A stretch of 64,000 bases of DNA from assembly GCA_008632985.1 (NCBI GenBank), contig QPGO01000157.1, positions 62,001 through 126,000 on the forward strand, read 5' to 3'. Both the position numbers and the translations under genes were made by a program. The notes below the pieces were generated by a model, which had not been told where the DNA came from, did no database searches, and worked only from the letters and a program-made list of their open reading frames with translations. Position 1 is the first letter of the stretch. Every line of letters begins with the position of its first letter. This DNA is from Psammoneis japonica (Eukaryota). Positions 50,487 through 63,241 of this stretch are shown in pieces.

Positions 50487-51045
50487 AGGGCCCTAGCTAG
50501 CTATATTGTAAAGTGAGCCTAACGTACTCAATACACGAACCATGGTACTCTCTACCGGTAGCAAGGCCGTCTCTAGCTAGCTAGTGGGTAGAGATCACTA
50601 TCGCTATCGCATCGCATCGACCAGGTAACAACAGTCTGCTTACCGCCCGGTTGCACCTCCGTCGTCGGTCGTCGCACAGGTCGTCGGACATAACAAAACA
50701 TCGCTATTTTACTACTTCTATCTAGTAGAGAGAGTACGTACTTCTATTAGGGTAGTAGAGAGCTACTCTAGTGGAGTAGCTACTTTAGTCGCTAAGCTCT
50801 ACTCTAGCAGAGTAGAGGCCCTCTCTAGAGAGTTAGCTAGTAGAGAGCCACTCTAGAGAAGAGCCCTCTCTGTCATGGCTACTCGCTATGAGTACGAGCA
50901 GCTTTAAAATTAAAATAGACAGAGATTCACGTCTTGGACTCGGACGACTCTGCTAGGAGATCTCTACTCTAGAGCTAGTAGCGATTCGCGTCTACGTCCG
51001 GACAGAATTATAGGACTAGGGACGATCTCTAGAGAGTACTAGCTA
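50486..51045. repeat. CTAG/TAG/AGCT-rich micro-palindromic tract
   Basis: Same vocabulary as 45538-45810 (TAGGGCCCTA, TAGCTAGCTA, CTCTAGAG, TACCGGTA). Confidence 0.7.
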
Positions 51046-53010
51046 TTGCATTGCCCTTTCTCCATCCAACGAGGCCGGACACGTTGCGGGTGCTCTCCTC
51101 ACCCAATTCGGGGGACCCTGTGAAGCACTGCTGTGCCTATCATTTGTACTGGTGCGGTCGCTAAAAGGTGCGGAAGCAGCACCATGCGAGACATCATCGT
51201 CCAATTCACTGTCTTTTCCTCTCATCAAATGACTTAGAGAAAACGTCTTTCTTTCCGATTTCGCCTGTTGGGTGCTGGATTTGTACGGGGAATCCAGGCC
51301 GTTCTGGCTCGTCGCACGAGAGAGTGCCAGCGAAGCTGGTCCCGCTGGCTTGGGAACTCGCGTCGATGCGAGAACGACAGCATTGTGCCCCTTTGGTTCC
51401 GAATCGTTGTTTTCATTCTTTTCGCCGCCCAACTTTTCCGGCTTGTCCTCTGACCCGGGTCGCCGCACCTTTGTCTCGCCTTTGTTGCTTGCCGACGCCT
51501 TCTTGCTGTCGACGGCCTTTGATACTGACGATCTCTTTTTCTTCGTGGGAACAGAGCCTTCAGAATCTTCCCCTTTGCCAGCCTGATACAGTTCCTTCAT
51601 TGAGTTCCACACCGTCTTATATACTCCGTATTCTCTCTCCGTCTCAGGTTTTGATTCCTTCATTAGTTGGGGGAGTTGGTAAGTCTCGATGAAGGAAGCC
51701 GACAGTGAATCGACGAAATGTGAGAGTTCCGTGATCAACACAGCAAGATCTTTGCCGTCTCCAGTCTTGATGGATGATTTCCAGCGCTCTTCCAACGGAA
51801 GGAATTTCTCTTCGCACTCTTCGAACCTTCGTTGTTCTTCTTTCATAGTTTTCGTAGCCCCCCTTGCTCGCTTTCTTTGGATTTTTCTTCTTCGGCGATT
51901 TAGCGGGTGAGTCGCCTCGTTTCCGCTTCTTCGACTTGACGCTTGTGTCTGGTTCGTAGTTAAGATCAGCGTCATCGTCCTCGATCGAGACAACATCTTC
52001 TTCGTATTCCTCACCGAAGAGACTTCGTTTTCCGCAAAGTCCTCTTCTACTGCCTCTGCCACGCTTTCTTCTTGCTTTTGCTTTTTCTGTGCTTTTTTCG
52101 ATCCTTTCCCCGTCGCTTTCTTTGGCGGAGGCGGTTGTTCGTCACTGCTTATAACTCTTCATCCCAATCCACTTCCCCAAATTCGAAAATCTCGTATTCT
52201 TCAACAATGTCAGCAAAGGGTAGCTTTCTATCCATTGGATCCTTCGGAGCGTGAGCGTTGATCTCTTCTAACCCTCTCACCAAGTCCTGCTCGGTTTTCG
52301 ATAACTTCTTCCCTTGGTCGATTTTTCTTCTGGAGGGACGCTTTGATTTTGTGATTCCCCTTCTTAACCCCCTCCTCGTACGTCATACAGCTTTCTTGGC
52401 TACTAACGAGAATGCCTGTTTCATATTTTGGTCTCCATACCAATGGAAAAGTCTCGCCATTCTGTCTTTATGGCCCTTGGTCTACCATGAAAAACGAAAA
52501 AGAATTTTGGAATGGGTAAACGAATCCGGTGTTGTGACTAAAGAAGAAGTATTGAGGTTACCTTGTGTTCACTCACGTTTTCGTAAGATGTCATCCATTT
52601 TTCACGTACAGCCCAGGGAGCACGTGGTATGGCTCAGAAACAAACACATCAAACCGAAGTTCAGAAAGACCAGAAGCCGGAACCGACTCGGGTCCTGAGG
52701 TTCTCGTGCGGGTGTATGCGGTGCCTCCGGCAGAACGCGTTTGCCCCACTTCGCAAATCCGATTTGGCCAAACTCCGTACGCACATCATCCGGTATTTCT
52801 GAGAGAATTCTCTCCTTCTGTTTTTCAAACTCTCGTTTCATTGCGTCTTGTTATTGCAAGAGAGCTTGACTCTTTCTGACGCGTACTGGTTCCGCTTTTT
52901 AATTTCTTACGACCTTCTTCTGGCTGCTGAGGCTGACTTTCCCTTCTTACCAGCCTTTTTCGGTTTAGACCCCCCTTCTCGTCGACATTCTCTTCGGTCC
53001 CCACACTCAA
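51043..53010 (-). pseudogene. PWWP/Tudor-like chromatin protein, multiply frameshifted
   Basis: FGQIGFAKWGK and YWYG-like segments followed by Lys/Glu-rich regions, spread over several frames; ends abruptly at the CTAG tract. Confidence 0.5.
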
Positions 53011-53174
53011 AGACTTATCCTGCTGCTCAGGAAAATCTTCCGCTCCAGCTGCACTCGACGTTGCTTTACAGTTTATATTCAGATTGAACTCCGTACTCCT
53101 GCATATCCAGCGATTTGGCGTGAACTTGGTTGGATTTCGATTGTTTGATATGTAGCTGTAGGTCTACTTTGCAG

Positions 53175-54370
53175 TCAAGTTGGAAAGGTGGCTTGTAAAT
53201 CAGTCTGTGCGGTGCTTTGAATGCGTTTCAACGTCCTTCCACCTTTTCCCAACAACAAGCGCTTGTGCGATTTCGTTCGTATTACCAAGTCCTGATGAAG
53301 AATCATGGCCTGCAACGGTCCGCGTTTCTCCCTGTCGTTTTCCTTATAGATTTGGTGAAAGGATCGATTGACTTGTTGGACCGCATGAGAGACCTCTCGA
53401 TGAAGGCAGCGATACACCTCTTCGCGGATAACCTCTTGGATGCGTTCCAAGGGACTGGCGTCGGTTGCTTCATCCGAAGATACGGCCCACATTTCACTTG
53501 GCGTCGCCCGCCGCTCTAGATACGCCAACACATCGTCTACGCCATCGTGGTGCAAGGCCGAAATGTAAAAAATCGGGGGGCTGGCCTTTGCCAGAAGTTC
53601 CAGTTTCTCGTCACTACGATTCCGGTACTTGACTTGTCTAGGTCCTTTTCACCATGTACAAAACGCATTCGTCCGCAATCGCGCCCAACTCCGTTGCAAT
53701 GTCCAAATGTCTCTTTTTTGGGTTCACTAAATCCACCTTGTTCAGCAATATAGCAAATTTTTCCTCCACAACTCCTGTGCTAGCTTCTTCGTGTTGCTAC
53801 TCCACCACCAGTATCTCGTCTTCGTTGCCTTCTTCAATCGCAGATAAAGATTCCGCTGTTGGAAGCGATCCCTCTGTACGACCGATTGAACACTTTGCTT
53901 TGAACATGAGTGACACCAACGTTTCCTTGATACTACTCGTAGCTGTCAGCTTCTTGGCCGCATTCTAAATTGCTGTTGAATGGCACGCACTCCCTCCTGT
54001 TTCCCATCACCTCTCGTGAGATAACCTGGTGCTGGTGCGAAGAAGAGTCCTTACGCCCGAAATCCCGTTTCGTGTGGTGTGACGCTTTCTTGGCACAGCC
54101 GCAACGTTGGACCCCGTCAACTGGTTCAGGAACTTGGGACTTGGTCGAATTCCCTGGAGCCTGGAGCAGCTCCAAAGTGCCTTGTCTCATGCAAAGCAAA
54201 TAGCCTCAATCGAAGTAGATACCGAGGAACATCAATACCTCGTCAATCGTCAGTGTGCATTCGCCCAAAACACAATTTCCTACTCACAAAGATACCGTGA
54301 AAACTACTCCAAATTTCTTTGACACAACGCCGTCATACCGGTGGATATCATAGCACCTTGGTTTGCATGA
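53175..54370 (-). pseudogene. Era-like GTPase, fragmented
   Basis: RKRHTTR (G2), NKVDL (G4) and KH-type KRLLLGKGGRTLKRI in different frames; the P-loop GKS is missing. Confidence 0.65.
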
Positions 54371-54591
54371 GGCATGAGGTTGCTCGTGCTGTGAGAAGTT
54401 CAGCGCAGCGTGGGTGTGGCGGCGGCGTGCAGGGTGCGTGCGGTCGTCAATCAACAATCAATCGATCACAATGTCACAATCAAGGTTTTCGACTTCTTGC
54501 GACCCAGCAGACTGGAAGACCCAGCCATCACAAAACTTCAGACGTAAAAATACGTGTCTCACGAGAATCATACGTAGATGATTTGGAACAG

Positions 54592-55892
54592 ATGTGCAAG
54601 TGCTACTAAGTGCTCTAGAGAAAAGTGGCGTTTGTTCTGCTTTCATGGCTGTGTAGTCCTTCTATTTCCTGGAAGGACCGAGGCTTTCTCGTCACCGCCA
54701 AGAAGGATACGTGGATACATGCTTACACAAACGCCTGGCCTCGCCCCATGTTTTGATGCCGAAACTTCATGGATCGCCGCCAGTCAAAAATCGCTTGTCC
54801 AAGCTTGTCTACGAGTGCTCGATTGCGACTGCAAGAGAACGACAGCCTCAGTAGTGATGATTTGAACGATGAATCAAAATTGGATCGCATCTTGGACCAG
54901 CTCACATTGGGCTTCCCATTCTTTGTCGTGTTTGCGGCGGTGATTGGCTTTGTTGCTCCTCACATGTTGCAGTGGGTAAACCGTGGTAATCTTATCACTG
55001 TAATGCTTGCATCGGTCATGATGGGAACCGGGATGACTCTTGATAAGTCAGACTTCACAGGCATTGTGGATGAACAAGCCTCAAGCGTTCCTACCGGCGT
55101 TATGTGTCAATATTCAATCATGCCCTTGCAGCATGGTGGGTGGGACGTACGTTTCTCTTGAACTCGTGCGAAATGGGCCCATCTCTCTTTTTGGGTCTTG
55201 TTCTTGTTGGTTGCTCTCCGGGTGGCACCGCCTCCAACTTGGTATCGCTCATTGCCAAGGCAAATGTGGCTCTCTCGGTACTACTTACTGCATGTTCAAC
55301 GATTCTAGCTTCTGTGGTGACACCACTTCTAGTCAAGCTATTGGTTTCCCAGCCAGGAAGTGGTACCATAAGCGTCAGTGGCGTTGCCCTATGCAGTGCG
55401 ACGGCGAGGGTAGTGTTGCTTCCTGTCATTTTGGGAATGGCTGTGAAAACCAAGGCACCCAAGCTCAGCAAGCAATTGGCTCGATTCACACCGTTTGGAA
55501 GTGTTCTATTGGTGTCTCTAATTTGCGGTGGAGTCGTGGCTAATAATGCATCGAGTCTCTTGTCGTCATCCGTTGGGCCAACTGGGTTACTGCCACGAAT
55601 TGTGCTCTCGGTGCTGCTGCTTCATCTTGTCGGCTTTGGAGTGGGTTATATGGTGCCCAGGTTGGGACTTGGATTTACCAAGAAAACGGCGCGGACCATT
55701 TCCATCGAAACTGGGATGCAGAATTCGGCCTTGGCGGTGGTGCTAGCGAGATCCGTCGGTGCTCATCCCCTTGCATCGCTACCAGGAGCCCTTTCCGCTA
55801 CGGCTCATTCGTGTCTAGGATCGTTTCTGGCTGCCTACTGGCGAGTTATTGATTCGAAACAGGACAAACAAGAAGAAGACGGCAATGGCTAA
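54592..55892 (+). pseudogene. Bile acid:sodium symporter (BASS) family, probably plastid-targeted; frameshifts near 54770 and 55128
   Basis: MMGTGMTL, QYSIMP, GCSPGGTASN, ETGMQNS; signal peptide followed by EAF. The breaks could be assembly indels. Confidence 0.8.
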
Positions 55893-56370
55893 GTCGCTGC
55901 ATTATGGAATACCGAGAACTTGCCGCTGAATTACCGGGCTATCTACTCATGGACGAGTGAGGTGACCCAGGATCTGAAACTTGACGGATAGGATAAACTT
56001 GCATGATGATTTCTTACCCTCTCAACCAGGAGCAGCCGCTTTTCCTAGTTTGCTTTTTTCTGATTCTTAAATGATGTAGAATTCAAAAAAGGCTCATTCG
56101 TGTTATGGTACGGTAGGATCTTTTCTGGCTGTCTAATGGCGAGTTTATTCATTCAAAACAGGACGAACAAGAAGAAGTCGGCAATGCCATAGTCACTGCA
56201 TTCTGGAATACAGAGAACATGCCGCTGAATTACCAGGCTATCTACTCATAGACGAGTGGTGTGAAGTCGTGTGACCCCAGTATCTCGGCAATACGAAAGA
56301 ACCCAGAGGGATAGGTAAACTTGCATGATGATTTCTTAAGGAGCAGCCGTTTTCCCTACTTTTCTTTTTT
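55815..56370 (+). repeat. Diverged ~300-bp tandem duplication of the BASS 3' end and UTR
   Basis: 55816-56060 aligns with 56115-56370 (e.g. GCCGCTGAATTACC.GGCTATCTACTCAT.GACGAGTG). Confidence 0.8.
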
Positions 56371-56744
56371 CTGACATTCTTAAACATAGAGTTTAGAAAT
56401 GCCTACCATTCTTTACCACCACCTTCCATCAGTGCTGATGAGCATGTACTTACGAGATTGTTTGTGCAAAAGCCCCTTGCACGACCGAAAGGTGGGACGA
56501 AAGTAGTATGCATAGTTACCGCTGTGCCTCGCTTCTATCCATTCAATTTCCCTCGTTCCTTGCGACTATACAGGAACCGAGAAGGAAAAACGCAAATCTA
56601 CATATTGCTACAGATCAATTTTCAGATATCTTATAGGAGAGATTCATTTCTATGTATCAAAGAATAGATAGTCGGCGCGAATTCAAAGAATCGATACTCC
56701 CGCCAAAGGCTTTCCCAAGTGTCATTTCCCTCCTGTGTTATCGC

Positions 56745-57364
56745 TCAGTTCTTGGAACGCAAAAGGAGACGCTCCGCGACAATGAGAGCAACAACGCAAA
56801 TAGCGGCCTTCGAGTAGAGGTTATTCCACCATGGCTTCTTCTCATCACCGGCATTGCTTTGGTCGTCTTGATCGACACGGTGGCGTTTGTCAGCGGGTTC
56901 CTCCAACGGACGGATTGGGAGAAAAGATGCTTCATCAGACTTGCGCTTGTGCTCTGGAAACTCCGGCTCAATGCTGTAAGAGAAGTTCCGCGACTGTTTG
57001 GTAGCTGCATCCTGTTCCGTGACAGCTGTCGGCTTCGCCATGGGAGACTCGTTCCTGCGATGTAAGTCAACCTTGTCTTGACGATGCTGCTTCTGCACTT
57101 CAAGTCTTTCATCCAACCTCTCTTTCCTCCAGCGTTCTTCGAGCTCTTGATCTTGTTCATGCAAGAGCGCCGAGTTGCGAATCGCTGGGACCTTGCTGTG
57201 GGTCTTTCGTCCAGAGAGTCGTCGGGCTCTTGCTTCTGAGGAGTTTCCACGGGAGCCTGAGCTGGTGGTGGGACAACGGCTTTGACGACACGGCGGTGAG
57301 GCGGGTGGGGGCTCGATCCAGACGGGTTCGTGGAGGGAGACGCTGCGCTCGGAGTTCCTGCCAT
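56745..57364 (-). pseudogene. Small putative tail-anchored protein, frameshift near 57210
   Basis: Hydrophilic protein ending KAAICVVALIVAERLLLRSKN; the frame can be restored from the duplicate at 34364. Confidence 0.55.
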
Positions 57365-57799
57365 TTTTTCAACCTCAAACCTTACACAATCGAATCTCTA
57401 CAGATCAGCTAACGCAACAACCGATACGAGCAAGTAATACTACTGTATCGGCACTATATAGGAAAATAGCGAAGACGCCGTCGTCTTTGGTCTTTGATAT
57501 GGTGCGATCGATCAAGATTCTGATTTCTGATTTCACCTGCGGCCTTCATCGATTGCCTGCGATGCTGAAATCGATTGATTCGATCAAAAGAACCCGGTGT
57601 TGCCTGAGATGCATGGTGCCGAAAAATGGCGCGAAAACAAAAAATAAGAAGCGAAAAGACAACCTACACCAACACAAAAAAGTAATACAAACTACCATAG
57701 CAAACACAAAAAAACTTTTGAACTCGAACTAGATTTACGAGTACATGAATGATGCGGTCACTGTTCGACAAACTGCACGACGGAACTCTCATCGTGATC

Positions 57800-60066
57800 T
57801 CACTTCTCAGGCGAATTCATGAAACGATGCTGCCTCTGCTTCAAGATTTTAATCTCATTCTCAAGACTCTGTCTGTGGCCTTGAGCAATTCTTAAATCTT
57901 CTCGAGCTTCTAGCAACTCCTCCTGTTTCGAAGCCAATGCAATGTCCTTGACACGTAAGGCTTCTTTCTGACGCGAAATCACCTGTTTATATTGCTTCTT
58001 CCTCTCTCGATGCCTCTCTACTGTTTCGCTCAGCGACTCAATACGACTAAGCAATGCCGCACTGTCTGTACACACATTCGTCGGCTCTGCATGCGCACCA
58101 CTAGCACGGCTGTCGGGGGACACGGCAACGGCAACGGTGTCCGACCGATCGCTCTGTGATCTTGCCATCAGTAAATGCCGCGGTCTCGACGAGGTAGGCG
58201 GCGACACAATTCCTGGAGACGGAGTATAATCGTCACTCGTGGATTTGCGTTTTTTACTGGGCGTCCGAAGATTGCATGGTGGATCCAGATTCACCAGAGA
58301 ATCTGCGCCTAGAATAACTGTGCATGAAATAGATACGACGACGGTGGTGAGCGACAAAGAAAGTAAAACAGTTCAGAACTCGCGACGCAAACACACCTTT
58401 GCACGGTTTACTCGATTTTCTTATGCTCTTGTCGGAATATCGTTTGAATCTAAGAGAATCGTAGCATGTGAATTTTCCGCACATGAAAGACTTCACATTG
58501 TCCTTGTCGCGAAGACGTTGAACGTTCTGTAACTGCTGTTGCACGCCTTTCGTGAGTTCGCCCTTGGTGCCGCCAAATTTCTCGAGGTGCCGATTGTAGT
58601 AAAGAGAAGCATAGGCACCAAGCCAGGCGAATAGATTCTTTTTATACACCCCGCCTGCAGCCTGCTGTGCAAACGCAAGTCCCTGCTTTGTAGGGTCTAG
58701 CGGCAATGTTGACATGTAATCGTCTAGAATAACGGTGAGCCCTTGGCCAAAGGTCGTCCCAGAGTTGTTTAGGCCCAACGTGTTGCGAGCATCGGGTTCC
58801 ACCGTAATAAGACGACCAGACTGCCTGCTGTGAACATAAAGAGACAACGAGGACGAAGACTCTCCGTCAAGTCTTGCTGGATCGAACCCACAATACACGC
58901 GCAGGCTCCTCGATTCTGTAGGGTTTTCCCAGTCCTCTGCCGTGCTCCACTCATTATGAGGGTCTACTTTGCACAGAAAGCTGGTGATTTCGACCAATCT
59001 TCTTTCCCAATACTGGAACCTGATCTTTTGGTAATTGACAGTAATGTCAAACTCAGCTGGAATGTGAAGGTACTGGCGTGGCAACTCATCGGTCAGCTTG
59101 TGCATCAAGTGCTGCGCTCGAAGGCCGTAATCAATATCTCCTTCATTGTCACTGCTCTCGTTACTGACAAGGGATTCTGATCCGTGGCGTAGCTGATGGA
59201 GTACCACAAGAAACACGTGGTCATCACTACGCCACTGATGGCTTGTCATGGCGTTGCAATGTGTAAGGAGCCGCATAATACCTGTCTCGAAATCTCCATC
59301 GCCATAGCAGGACACACACTCAGCAATGGCCTGCGGTACATTAATCATACAAATCCGAAACAAGATCAAGAGTCAGTATATCCATGACTCAGAACACTTA
59401 TTGTTGTTCCTGAGACGCCGCACTTACCGGGTTCGTCTTGACTTGACGAGAAAGATCTTCACGGTTCGGACGAAAGGTAATAGATGGGAGAACAATACCA
59501 TCAACTCGCTGAACTTCCGCAGCAATCACACCCAAGCCCCAAGTGTCTCTGTTTCGAGTCATTACAAAGCTGAGATCGGTCAAACTAGCGCATGCTTGTT
59601 TCGTGCCGACGCCGTTTTCGCCGATCGCCTGAGAGCCTTTGCTACTTTTGAATACCTCAAGGACCTCTTCGATTGGAGGGATTCTGCTGTGACAGTTATT
59701 GATGATTGAAACCCCGGTGGAGACTCCCTCGGCATCCTTATCACCCATAACATGGATTCTTCCTCGGCCTTTGAAGTGAAAGGCCTCTTCATCAATCACG
59801 AGCGATGCATCAATTGCGTTGTCAAACAAATCCAACAGGGCCAAAAGAGGCGATTTAAAGTTTCGCTTCCACGCCTTCCACATTCCTTGTCCGTTCACCC
59901 GCGATATGTCTTGGCTGGTCCCCCGGCCACCAGCGGCACGTTCTTGCTCCATACCGCTGGCAGCAGGGACGGATGACGTACTCGTTCGGATACTCGTTTC
60001 ATGAACGACTTCTTCACGTTCTTCTTTCACCGCGACTTGGGGCCAAGGGCTGCTGTTGTCCGCCAT
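57800..60066 (-). CDS. MORC-like GHKL ATPase with S5-like domain and C-terminal coiled coil, 3 exons
   Basis: LLDLFDNAIDA, IGENGVGTKQA, LPLDPTKQ, coiled-coil tail; introns 59331-59427 and 58318-58396 give a continuous frame. Confidence 0.8.
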
Positions 60067-60545
60067 TGTGGGATGGCACGTTGAATACCGTCGCACTTGG
60101 GTAGTCTGCTTCCTGCTTCAGTCACCACTTGTGCCACAGAAAGGAGTGCGTCAACAACTAACGACGTTGACAACGAGCGAGCGACAGGCATGCGGTACAA
60201 AAAATGGCGGGAAAAAAGATCGCCATCGACTGCCGTTTATTCGTCCTCGAAGAAACGACATAAGAATTATCACGATTGATTTGATGTCGACATACCTACC
60301 AGACACTTGTAAATTGTACGTACTGTAGGGGGACGTCACTGCGTGTTTCCGCGCGCGCGCAACCCTTCGCATCGGGAGCAAACGTCATCCGCGACCAAAT
60401 CCGCGACCTCGACAACGAAAAGAAAGAAAACTTCTTTGAGTCTTTGAGCTTGCTTCAGGCGACACTTTCAACTTACTCTCGCAAAAGCCCAAGAGCCGAC
60501 GCAAGCTTTCTATCTTAGCGACTATTTGATACAGAATTGGGTGAT

Positions 60546-61409
60546 ATGAACACTGACGCTACGTGTAATGTTTGCGTAAAAGAGCAACACCCCAACATCC
60601 ATGAGCTCAATGGCGGGACACGCGGTGGAAAGTGGCAGAGGATGTGGGAACGTGAACGTCGTCTAATAACCGCTGCCGTTTTGCTGATTCTCTTGATGAA
60701 CATTACTCTGGGTCGTTACATCTTGTATCCTTTTGTACTCTTTTCGACGTGGATACACGAGATGTGTCACGGAATCTCAGCCATTCTTGTTGGAGGACGT
60801 GTGGCCTCACTCCGCATTTACGCAGATGGCAGCGGCCTAGCTTACACGTCACTGCCTTCAGGAAATTACTACAACATAAAACGGGCATTTGTTGCATCTG
60901 CTGGATACACAGGAACCGCCATTACCGGAGGGATCCTCTTGCTCTTTCGACGGACCATGCGCGGACCTCGGATCGGCACCATTGGAGTGGGAATTGCCAT
61001 GCTTCTGAGCTGTATCTTTTGGATTCGAAATGTTTTTGGAGGGCTTGTCATTGCCCTTATTGGCCTGGTGTTGGTAGCCTGTGGCTACTTGTTGGGGGCA
61101 GGTCGATATCTGGGAACCATATACACCTTTTTGGCGGTCACCGCATGTCTCAACGCAATTACATCCATTCGAGGTTTGTTGGAGGCAGACGAATTTTTCG
61201 TTGGCGGGGAAGAGCGAAGCTCGGACGCTGAGACTGTAGCCCAATACATAGGAATGACGTCTTGGTTCTGGGCGGCATGTTGGTTAATTCAGGCATTGGT
61301 TATGCTGGTGGTTGGAACAATCTTTGGCTTGTCGCCGTCTAAGCCCGCTGCTCCAGAGACGCAGGAAGAATACCCATCTGGTCCATACTACAACGTTACT
61401 GTCGTCTAA
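60546..61409 (+). CDS. Peptidase M50B-like membrane metalloprotease
   Basis: HEMCHG (HExxH), SAGY, SDA motifs; multiple TM helices. Confidence 0.85.
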   Translation: MNTDATCNVCVKEQHPNIHELNGGTRGGKWQRMWERERRLITAAVLLILLMNITLGRYILYPFVLFSTWIHEMCHGISAILVGGRVASLRIYADGSGLAYTSLPSGNYYNIKRAFVASAGYTGTAITGGILLLFRRTMRGPRIGTIGVGIAMLLSCIFWIRNVFGGLVIALIGLVLVACGYLLGAGRYLGTIYTFLAVTACLNAITSIRGLLEADEFFVGGEERSSDAETVAQYIGMTSWFWAACWLIQALVMLVVGTIFGLSPSKPAAPETQEEYPSGPYYNVTVV

Positions 61410-61797
61410 GGACTTATTGTATTGAAGTGCTCTTTGTTATTGATAATATGAAAGAATAATCTCTTGCAACTTGACCGGCGAGCCTTTGTTTCTGTCTTGC
61501 TCCCATCGCTACTAGCTGTGGAGAGTAAGTCGGATCAGTTCAGTCCTCCCCCAGCGAGATGGCTTAAGAAAAATTCTTATACCGTAGGTAGCTCAAGGCT
61601 TGTGTATCTACTTGCGCCTTCTACCCTACTAAGACAAATGCGCAAAATATGAAGGATTGAAACAGCGCAGGCTCAAACAGAATAGTTCACTGAAACACGG
61701 CTTCTACCATATACAAGCCCACCAGAACCGCATGGAGTAGGGCCCTAGGTACAGCACGGTGCCTCTCGTTCTCTACGGCAGCACTCTCTAGTAGCTA

Positions 61798-62808
61798 CTA
61801 GGCAAGCTCGTGCGCTGTCATGTAATCTTTCGTGAGTAGATAATCTTCGTAGGTTTGCGCCTCATGACCACAAATATTCTCAATGTCATGCGTAACAAAA
61901 GATACGTCCTCTTCCCGTCCATCTGCTTTGATTGTCTCGAGAGCCACAAGATCCTTCACCATCCACAATGGTTCACCACCCATCTTCTCCCCTTGCTCAA
62001 ACGTGTGCAAAGGTTGATCTACATACATGACAGGCTTGTTGAGATGCTTGGAGAGCAAGTCCGCGACGTCAGAATCCTTTATCGCAGCTGGTCCAGTCAA
62101 GGTGTACTCCTTATTCTTGTGAGCGTGGGGCTCTAGAAGAGTTCTTACTGCCACCTCCGCCACATCATTAGGACTGACGTAATTGGTTCCCTTGTCGGCT
62201 GACGCACCGTAAAAAGTTGCAGGAGTCTTAGTCCCCTGAAGCGTGTTTCTCTGGTACACGAGAGGGTTGGACATTAGATGTGTGGCTCCAAGAATAGTGT
62301 AGGACATACCGGAGCTCATGAGATACTCGTCGCACTTTCCGTGCCATCTTACCAGGGGCACCTTTTGAAATATGTCGTCCTTCTTTCGCGCGTGGTAAAA
62401 CGACAGCTTGACGACATGCTTCACGCCGGCATTTTTGCAGGCATGAACAAAGGCAGGAAATTTCCGTTCCCATCCCTTGGTATAAGGAGCGGAACAAAAC
62501 ACAGATTTGACTCCCACGAGTGACTTAGCGTAGGTGTCTTCTCGTTCCCAGTCAAAGTCGGCGACTTCTGCACCGAGCTTGTTGAGATCTTCAGCCTTTT
62601 TGGGATCATGGACTCCGAGACGTAGAGCAGGGTATCCGGCACGCAAGAGACGCAAAGCAATACGATTACCCACTACTCCAGTTCCTCCCGTAACGAAAAT
62701 AGTACCCGACGATGGATCCAAATCAAGCCCGAGTGCTTCTCCAACCTGCATCAATGTCCTGCCTGCAGTCGCAACAGCCTTTTCGGCCGTTTCCACAGGA
62801 TTTATCAT
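61798..62808 (-). CDS. NmrA-like NAD(P)-binding atypical SDR
   Basis: IFVTGGTGVVG, AGVKHVVKLS, DVAEVA, YTLTGP. Confidence 0.88.
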   Translation of the reverse strand: MINPVETAEKAVATAGRTLMQVGEALGLDLDPSSGTIFVTGGTGVVGNRIALRLLRAGYPALRLGVHDPKKAEDLNKLGAEVADFDWEREDTYAKSLVGVKSVFCSAPYTKGWERKFPAFVHACKNAGVKHVVKLSFYHARKKDDIFQKVPLVRWHGKCDEYLMSSGMSYTILGATHLMSNPLVYQRNTLQGTKTPATFYGASADKGTNYVSPNDVAEVAVRTLLEPHAHKNKEYTLTGPAAIKDSDVADLLSKHLNKPVMYVDQPLHTFEQGEKMGGEPLWMVKDLVALETIKADGREEDVSFVTHDIENICGHEAQTYEDYLLTKDYMTAHELA

Positions 62809-63241
62809 TCTTCAAGCGGTCTGTGGCTTCGATTTCCGGATATTTGGTGTTGTAGATGTCTCGATTTTTGTAGTGTTAAAAGCAAGTGTTGAGTTTTTGG
62901 CAGCAACTTTCCCCTTCGCAGCAATAATGCGATATGCGATGCCAGGAGCAAAAGAAGAGAGAGAGGATAGAAAGGTGAGCAATGAGCAAAAAAAACCACA
63001 AAGAATGAAAAAAAGTGACGCGAGGGTTCTCATTCGAGCTTTCGCTCTTCAAAATTCGATACACATGAAAATGTGTCCGTTGAATCACATAAACTTAACG
63101 GTCTTCTTCCAAGTATATTTATATTACTACAGGTATTGCTAGTAAATAATAATTTTGAAAGAAAGCCGTTGAAACATACCGTGGCGAGCGCAACGCAAAA
63201 AAAACAACACTGAAAACGCAGATGAACGAACCGTCTTGACC

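Noticed and set aside
62809..63033. In-frame upstream ORF joined to the NmrA-like gene by TGA readthrough
   Set aside because: The upstream peptide is low-information and there is no supporting signal; more likely 5' UTR.
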